IMG/VR virus record: IMGVR_UViG_3300010362_000049
Span: 1-40,312 of that record
From: a virus
Taxonomy: Duplodnaviria; Caudoviricetes
Length of the DNA stretch: 40,312 bases
Strand: one strand, 5' to 3'
Below, in pieces: positions 35,769 to 40,312 of the stretch. Within the stretch, counting starts at the first letter, position 1. Each line of letters begins with the position of its first letter. A model generated the notes under the pieces. That model saw only the letters and a program-made list of their open reading frames with translations. It did no database searches and had not been told where the DNA came from. A program made the translations under genes and the position numbers.

Positions 35769-36230
35769 TCAGGCAACCTGTTTCACCACTAACTGCACAC
35801 CGACGATTTCATCGAGTAGCGCGTGGATTTCATTCTGTAACCCGAGCGGCGCCGACAAGTCGAGCGCGCGTCGGACATGACCCGCGGCCGTTTCCAATGT
35901 GTAGATCAAACTTTCGCGCGCGTGATCGGGATTCTGCCGCAGTGTCGCGACCGATTGATACCCTTGGCCTTTCGTGTTCGGCAGGTGCACATACATCGGC
36001 GCCTTGATCGTGGTCGTTTCGTTGGTGACGACCACAGTCACGGCACCGATGATTTCACGGGCCCGCCACAGCCAGTGTTTTTCGGCGGCACGCTGTTGGT
36101 TCCAATCGAACAAGCCGTGAAGCGGACTACGTTTGTTTTTGGCATCCCGCACCACCTGCGCCGGCGTGAGTTGACCGTCGGCATTCTCCAGCGAGCGCAG
36201 GCGACGCAGTTGCGTCTTCGTCAGTGTCAT
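35769..36230 (-). CDS. Accessory protein of the RAMP/array locus (153 aa)
   Basis: GQLTPAQVV.DA....SPLHGLFDW....AA...W...AR.II; starts 4 bp after the RAMP gene and its stop abuts the array. Confidence 0.8.
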   Translation of the reverse strand: MTLTKTQLRRLRSLENADGQLTPAQVVRDAKNKRSPLHGLFDWNQQRAAEKHWLWRAREIIGAVTVVVTNETTTIKAPMYVHLPNTKGQGYQSVATLRQNPDHARESLIYTLETAAGHVRRALDLSAPLGLQNEIHALLDEIVGVQLVVKQVA

Positions 36231-36234
36231 CGAC

Positions 36235-37095
36235 TTACACCGCCATCTCGGCATCATCATCCGTGTCGTCGGGCTCACGGCCGTTACCGTGGGCGGGCGC
36301 ATCGGTGAGCCCTTGCAAGGTGCGCGCGGCAAGCTCGTCACTGAACCACGTCAACAATTCGGCCGTTTCATCGTCATAAGGCACCGGATGGGCGAGCGCA
36401 TCGACTTGCGCTGCGCGACCACCGGTTTTCACGATCCGTTTGAAATCGGGATCGTTTTGGTCACAGACGCGAAAGGCACCATAGTTCAGCGCACCTTTTT
36501 CGGCTCGGCCGTCACCCACGCCAGCGATGATGCCGCCGGCCGCGAGTAGATTTGCGACCGCCTGCGCTCGAATCAGCGGCTTCACAAACGTGATGGTCAG
36601 GCGACAAGCCCACTCACGCATCGCAGCGCGCGTACGAATATCGGGTGTGCGATTCATGTCGGCCGATCGGACCACATCCATCTTCAGCAACGGGATCCCG
36701 AAGACTTCAACCAAGTCACCGTGATCGCCGTCCACTCGGACTAAGCGGCCGACTTGAGCTTTCTTTGCACCTGGGATGTCGAGCGCGGCCGCGCGCATCG
36801 CACCTTTGAAGGCAGCGGCGCGAATGGCGAATAACGTCGCTGCGGTGGGATCCTTCAGCACGTACGGTGACGCTCTGAATTCATCGAGAGGCACATGCTT
36901 CAGAGTCGTCGCACGTTCGATCGCCGTCTTACGACCCCGAGGCAGTAACAATTCGTGCTGCGCCTTTTCGCTGGGCCGATTGTGCACGAGCGTGGTCATG
37001 CCGAGAATGCACGAGTGGAACGTGCCCGTCGAGACTTTCAGGATCTCGGTGATTTCCTCAGTCGCCTTCGGTTTGGTATCCTTCGACTTAGCCAT
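36235..37095 (-). CDS. Stand-alone Cas7/RAMP-like RNA-binding protein (286 aa)
   Basis: LG.TTLVHN, AAAFKGAMRAAA helix, RTRA...W..RL.I.F, glycine-rich loop GG..AGVGDGR.EKG...YG.F.V; AGGAGG RBS. Confidence 0.82.
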   Translation of the reverse strand: MAKSKDTKPKATEEITEILKVSTGTFHSCILGMTTLVHNRPSEKAQHELLLPRGRKTAIERATTLKHVPLDEFRASPYVLKDPTAATLFAIRAAAFKGAMRAAALDIPGAKKAQVGRLVRVDGDHGDLVEVFGIPLLKMDVVRSADMNRTPDIRTRAAMREWACRLTITFVKPLIRAQAVANLLAAGGIIAGVGDGRAEKGALNYGAFRVCDQNDPDFKRIVKTGGRAAQVDALAHPVPYDDETAELLTWFSDELAARTLQGLTDAPAHGNGREPDDTDDDAEMAV

Positions 37096-37131
37096 AACAG
37101 TCCTCCTACCAGGTTGATTGGTGTGGTAACG

Positions 37132-37152
37132 AACCCGCCGCCGCGGCGGGTT
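37132..37152. other. GC-rich hairpin upstream of the RAMP gene
   Basis: aacccgccg-ccg-cggcgggtt; T-rich tail only on the + strand. Confidence 0.55.
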
Positions 37153-37162
37153 TCCTTTCACG

Positions 37163-37468
37163 TCACAAGCCGCGCCCCGTCTTTGCGCCGTGGCACCCGT
37201 GACAGAGCGCCTGCAAGTTAGTTTCGTCCCAAAAGAGCGCGAGATCGCCGCGGTGCGGAATGCGATGATCGACATCGACGGTCCGATCACCGCAGTCACA
37301 AACCGGCTTCGATCGGAGCACGCGAGCGCGCAAGCGGCGCCAGCGCGGCGATCGATAGAGCGCGCGCACCGCGGCATTCGGCCGCACCGCGTCACGAAAA
37401 GGATCATGCTTGCGGCAGTACCCATGCGCGACTAACGTGCGGCAGCGCGGCCGCAGACAGAACCTCAC
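37163..37468 (-). CDS. Terminase-associated (gp74-like) HNH endonuclease
   Basis: Y.S.RW..LR..VL...P.C...VDH.IPH.G...LFWD..NLQALC..CH..KT. Confidence 0.9.
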   Translation of the reverse strand: MRFCLRPRCRTLVAHGYCRKHDPFRDAVRPNAAVRALYRSPRWRRLRARVLRSKPVCDCGDRTVDVDHRIPHRGDLALFWDETNLQALCHGCHGAKTGRGL

Positions 37469-37689
37469 GGTTCACCCGAACGGTTCCCACGTTCCTGATT
37501 CTGTCGAGCGACGTCGATCAGGATCTGGCCTAGCCGTTCGATCTGTTCGACGTCGAGATACGCTTCGTAGGTCACAGCGACCGCGCCATCAACGCCAATC
37601 ACGAGATCCATCAGTCGCGTATTCGGCGGAACCAAGCCGGCGTCTTGGAGCGGCTTATGAAAAGCGCGAACGGATAGACGATTCGCCAT
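37465..37689 (-). CDS. Hypothetical protein, paralog of 15893..16114
   Basis: ATG at 37689; internal paralogy. Confidence 0.7.
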   Translation of the reverse strand: MANRLSVRAFHKPLQDAGLVPPNTRLMDLVIGVDGAVAVTYEAYLDVEQIERLGQILIDVARQNQERGNRSGEP

Positions 37690-37699
37690 AAGGGCTACC

Positions 37700-38308
37700 T
37701 CACCGGTGCCACCAATCGGCGCCGTCGGCCGCGGCCGCGGCGAGCGGCTCGCCGGCCTCGTCTGCATTAACAGGCTGCGCCACGCCCATGACGTCGTACG
37801 TCGGCGGCTCCTGCACCGTCACGTTCGGGACCTGAGCCACGAACCACGTGAGGTCACGTTTGTAGAGCCCGTAGCGCGCGACGATGCAGCCGAACTCTTC
37901 GATGTCGTGTTTGCGCAGGCGATAGACCTGGCGCCCGCGCTCGTCGATGACGGGCTCACCGTCTTTGTCGAGCCGCACCGTCGCATGGGTCAACTCGTGA
38001 TCGAGCAGCGCGCGACGCTGCAACGCCGTCACCTGCGCGTGCTGCCAGAAGTCACGTCGCAGGATGATCACAAAGTCGAACTCCGCGAGCTCACGATCGA
38101 GGTCCGACGCCTTGCGGCACTTACCGAGCGTCACGCGGCCGTCGACGTCGGGCTTCCACGCGGTGTTCCAGGCGAGCGCGATGTGCGCCGCGGCGAGTTC
38201 GTCATGATGCGCGTCGACTAACTCATCGAGCAACGCGTACATCGGTCGGCCGACCTCGCCGGCGCGATCAATCAATTCGTAAGCGACTTTCTTCGGTTTC
38301 GGTTTCAT
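37700..38308 (-). CDS. Putative phage metallopeptidase
   Basis: ALLDHELTH (HExxH) and HDIEEF. Confidence 0.8.
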   Translation of the reverse strand: MKPKPKKVAYELIDRAGEVGRPMYALLDELVDAHHDELAAAHIALAWNTAWKPDVDGRVTLGKCRKASDLDRELAEFDFVIILRRDFWQHAQVTALQRRALLDHELTHATVRLDKDGEPVIDERGRQVYRLRKHDIEEFGCIVARYGLYKRDLTWFVAQVPNVTVQEPPTYDVMGVAQPVNADEAGEPLAAAAADGADWWHR

Positions 38309-38528
38309 CGAGTGCACCTGTCTCCGCCGCTGTCGCGGGCGCCCGCACAAAGTCGGGATCACTCATCAACTCGCTCATGAAACGCAGCACGCGCGATCGC
38401 GCGCGATCAGTCGGCAGCGCCTTCAGGATCGCGCAGACTTTCACGAACGCGCGGACCTGCGGATCGTCGAGCCCTGCGCGGAGTAACTCACCTTCACGGC
38501 GAGCCGTCACTTCGATATGGGTTTTCAT
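38268..38528 (-). CDS. Hypothetical protein
   Basis: AAAGGA RBS, start MKTHIEV. Confidence 0.55.
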   Translation of the reverse strand: MKTHIEVTARREGELLRAGLDDPQVRAFVKVCAILKALPTDRARSRVLRFMSELMSDPDFVRAPATAAETGALDETETEESRLRID

Positions 38529-38542
38529 CGGCTCGTGTCCTT

Positions 38543-38677
38543 TCAGAAAATCACCGACAAGGTGAGCGCAGCCAGGCCGGCCGCGACTAAGTTGAAGCGC
38601 GAGGCCGCGACGCCCGAGGCCGCGAGCACGAAGCACACGAGCGCGAAGACGTAGAGCACGAGGTGGATCGGATACAT
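38543..38677 (-). CDS. Small two-TM membrane peptide (44 aa, not in ORF track)
   Basis: MYPIHLVLYVFALVCFVLAASGVAASRFNLVAAGLAALTLSVIF. Confidence 0.65.
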   Translation of the reverse strand: MYPIHLVLYVFALVCFVLAASGVAASRFNLVAAGLAALTLSVIF

Positions 38678-38685
38678 CGGTGCAC

Positions 38686-38847
38686 CTACCGTTTGCCGAC
38701 GCGCTTCAGCGCGCTCGTTTTGAACGTGCCGCCGCGGCCGAGTGACGCGGTGCAGATCGCGTGCGGACTGGAGACGCCGCCGCGGGCACTAACTTTCTCG
38801 ACGCAGCGGTGCCACTTCGCGGTGTGGATCGATTTGCGACTGGGCAT
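38686..38847 (-). CDS. Small basic protein (53 aa, not in ORF track)
   Basis: MPSRKSIHTAKWHRCVEKV...HAICTASL; AGGAG RBS. Confidence 0.6.
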   Translation of the reverse strand: MPSRKSIHTAKWHRCVEKVSARGGVSSPHAICTASLGRGGTFKTSALKRVGKR

Positions 38848-38959
38848 GTGACTAACTCCTGTTGCTGGCGGGCCTCGCGGCGCCGCTCGGCGGGTGTGAA
38901 GCCGTAGACGTCGTATGTGCCGTTAAGCACGAGCGGATCGCTGGGCTCGAAAATCTTGA

Positions 38960-39451
38960 TCACGGTACGACCTCGAAGAGCGGCATCGGCGCCGCGGGCA
39001 CTGAGATGGGCTCGACGGCCGCCGTCGCTTCGACCCGGATGTCGACGTGCGGTGCGTCACCTTCGCGCGCGTAGTACTTCGCGGTGACTAGCTCGCAGAC
39101 CTGAGAGTCGTCAGCGAATAGCACGTGCGAGAGTGCATCACAGCACGCGCGCACGAGTTTATCGACGTCGGGCCGTTTGGTATGCGCGGTGTATTTCCGC
39201 GGCAGCGACTTCGGCCGCGGCAGATAGAACGCAATCGAGAGACGGACGCCGTCGACTAACAAGCCGCGATCGGTCGGCGGCAATCGGAGCAGCGCCGCGT
39301 TTGCGCATTCGCCGACTAACTGCCGCCAACTCTTCACGTCCGGGTTATCGCTCGTGATGATCGGCCGGCTGTGACCCTTGGGCACGAACGCGCGCGCACT
39401 CCCTTGCGGTTGCGCTTCACCGAAGACCGTGAACTCGAGAGGCTCACGCAT
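38960..39451 (-). CDS. rusA: RusA-family Holliday junction resolvase
   Basis: PQGS, FYLPRPKS, PDVDKLVRA..DAL......DDSQV. Confidence 0.9.
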   Translation of the reverse strand: MREPLEFTVFGEAQPQGSARAFVPKGHSRPIITSDNPDVKSWRQLVGECANAALLRLPPTDRGLLVDGVRLSIAFYLPRPKSLPRKYTAHTKRPDVDKLVRACCDALSHVLFADDSQVCELVTAKYYAREGDAPHVDIRVEATAAVEPISVPAAPMPLFEVVP

Positions 39452-39628
39452 CGGTGTCGATCCCTTTGAACTCGATGCCCACGCCGGCGATTCGCGCAGC
39501 CAGGCGAATCAACTTCGCCGCGAGCCAGATACGCACACGCAGCGCACGCACACCGATCACCTCGACGTGCATCGTCACGTTTTTCGTGATCACGTTCGCG
39601 GGCATCTTCGCGTGCAAGTCAGAGTCAG

Positions 39629-40189
39629 TCACGCCAGCACCGGCGGAAGTGCGCGCGTGAAACGCCGCGGCCAATTCGCGAGACAGTGATCGCGTGCCTC
39701 GTACCACCGCGCAAGCTCGTCACCGTGCGCCCAGTGGCCAACGGTGACTACGTGGCCTTTGCCCGGATGCCACGCGCGCGCGTCGCGTCCATCGTCGGTG
39801 AACTCCGGAACGAATCGCAGAAATCGGTGAGTCACGCCGGCGTCCTGGCAGAGTAGACAGAAGCACCCATCGTCCTGATAGCGGAGCAGCTCGGCGCGCG
39901 TGTAGTCACGCGCTTCGTCTTCGGACATCACGCGCACATCGGCGCCGGCCGCGGCCGCGGGTGCCATCTCGCTGAGTGCGGCGAGCCATTCGGCCGGCTT
40001 CGGAAACGTGCGACTAGTTTCGAGCAATCGCCGGCCGGCACTGAGCACCGCATCGAGCGGTGCGTGGCTGAGTAGTTTGAAATACAAGCGCGTCAACTCA
40101 TCGAAATCGGCCGGCTTGGCTTTCAATCGAAAGGCACTGGAGAAGCGCCGGAAGGCGCTCTCGAAAGTGCCGAAGTCACTATCGAGCAT
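39629..40189 (-). CDS. Hypothetical protein, possible helicase loader/inhibitor-like N-terminus
   Basis: Y...L........A...L......FPKPAEW pattern plus CxxC. Confidence 0.5.
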   Translation of the reverse strand: MLDSDFGTFESAFRRFSSAFRLKAKPADFDELTRLYFKLLSHAPLDAVLSAGRRLLETSRTFPKPAEWLAALSEMAPAAAAGADVRVMSEDEARDYTRAELLRYQDDGCFCLLCQDAGVTHRFLRFVPEFTDDGRDARAWHPGKGHVVTVGHWAHGDELARWYEARDHCLANWPRRFTRALPPVLA

Positions 40190-40312
40190 CGGGCGTGAAG
40201 CCTTCGTCGCGGATGTAGGTGCAGAGTTCGGCGTATTCGTCGACCTGTTGCCGAAAGTCGAACGTCGCGCCGTCCATGTAACCCGGATAGCCGCCTTGGA
40301 CGCAGAGCTGGA
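40179..40312 (-). pseudogene. Truncated fragment paralogous to 7401..8576
   Basis: QLCVQGGYPGYMDGATFDFRQQVDEYAELCTYIRDEGFTP then DAR-stop vs QLCVQGGYGSYFGGRTFDFRSHPSQYGDLCTYMRDAGFVP. Confidence 0.8.

Larger units (their letters stand above)
1..40312. mobile_element. Temperate tailed phage genome (HK97-like head, siphovirus-type tail), probably circular/excised form
   Basis: Portal, S49 protease, capsid, neck, tail tube, TAC frameshift, tape measure, terminases, integrase/xis, repressor pair and RusA all present. The att core has arm repeats on both sides. An ORF starting at 91 reads in frame across the end/start junction. Confidence 0.93.

Noticed and set aside
36235-37425. 396-aa version of the RAMP ORF
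   Set aside because: Upstream extension overlaps the HNH gene; a strong AGGAGG precedes ATG 37095

Overview
The window looks like the near-complete or complete (probably circular, excised) genome of a GC-rich temperate tailed phage with an HK97-type head. It has a divergent Cro/CI switch (~5 kb), a recombination/replication arm, and a + strand head-neck-tail operon (8.6-24.7 kb). The terminase genes lie on the - strand and converge on the tail module. A tyrosine integrase sits beside an intact attP carrying the 5' half of a tRNA-Arg(TCT). The standout is a three-part locus at 35188-37095 (- strand): a stand-alone Cas7/RAMP-like gene, a small accessory gene, and a ~580 nt non-coding array of 5-nt units (G-rich triplet GGY/GAY/GTY plus a variable dinucleotide), split into about 8-9 segments by GGC-C/GGC-A junctions. 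Reading the variable dinucleotides as codon positions 1-2 with the wobble base skipped, four segments spell recognisable motifs: a JAB active site (YVGEWHSHP), the S49 prohead-protease catalytic region (KPIVAVANS...SAAYWI), the packaging-HNH C-terminus (LEAKCHRCHSAKT) and, antisense, the start of a ribbon-helix-helix gene (KRPPGRPRVD). Three of these have diverged homologues in this phage. This suggests an RNA-guided, wobble-insensitive, gapped DNA-recognition system aimed at competing phages and possibly host defence genes. From memory it resembles the recently reported VIPR systems; this needs checking. All product calls come from motif recognition by eye, with no database searches run.
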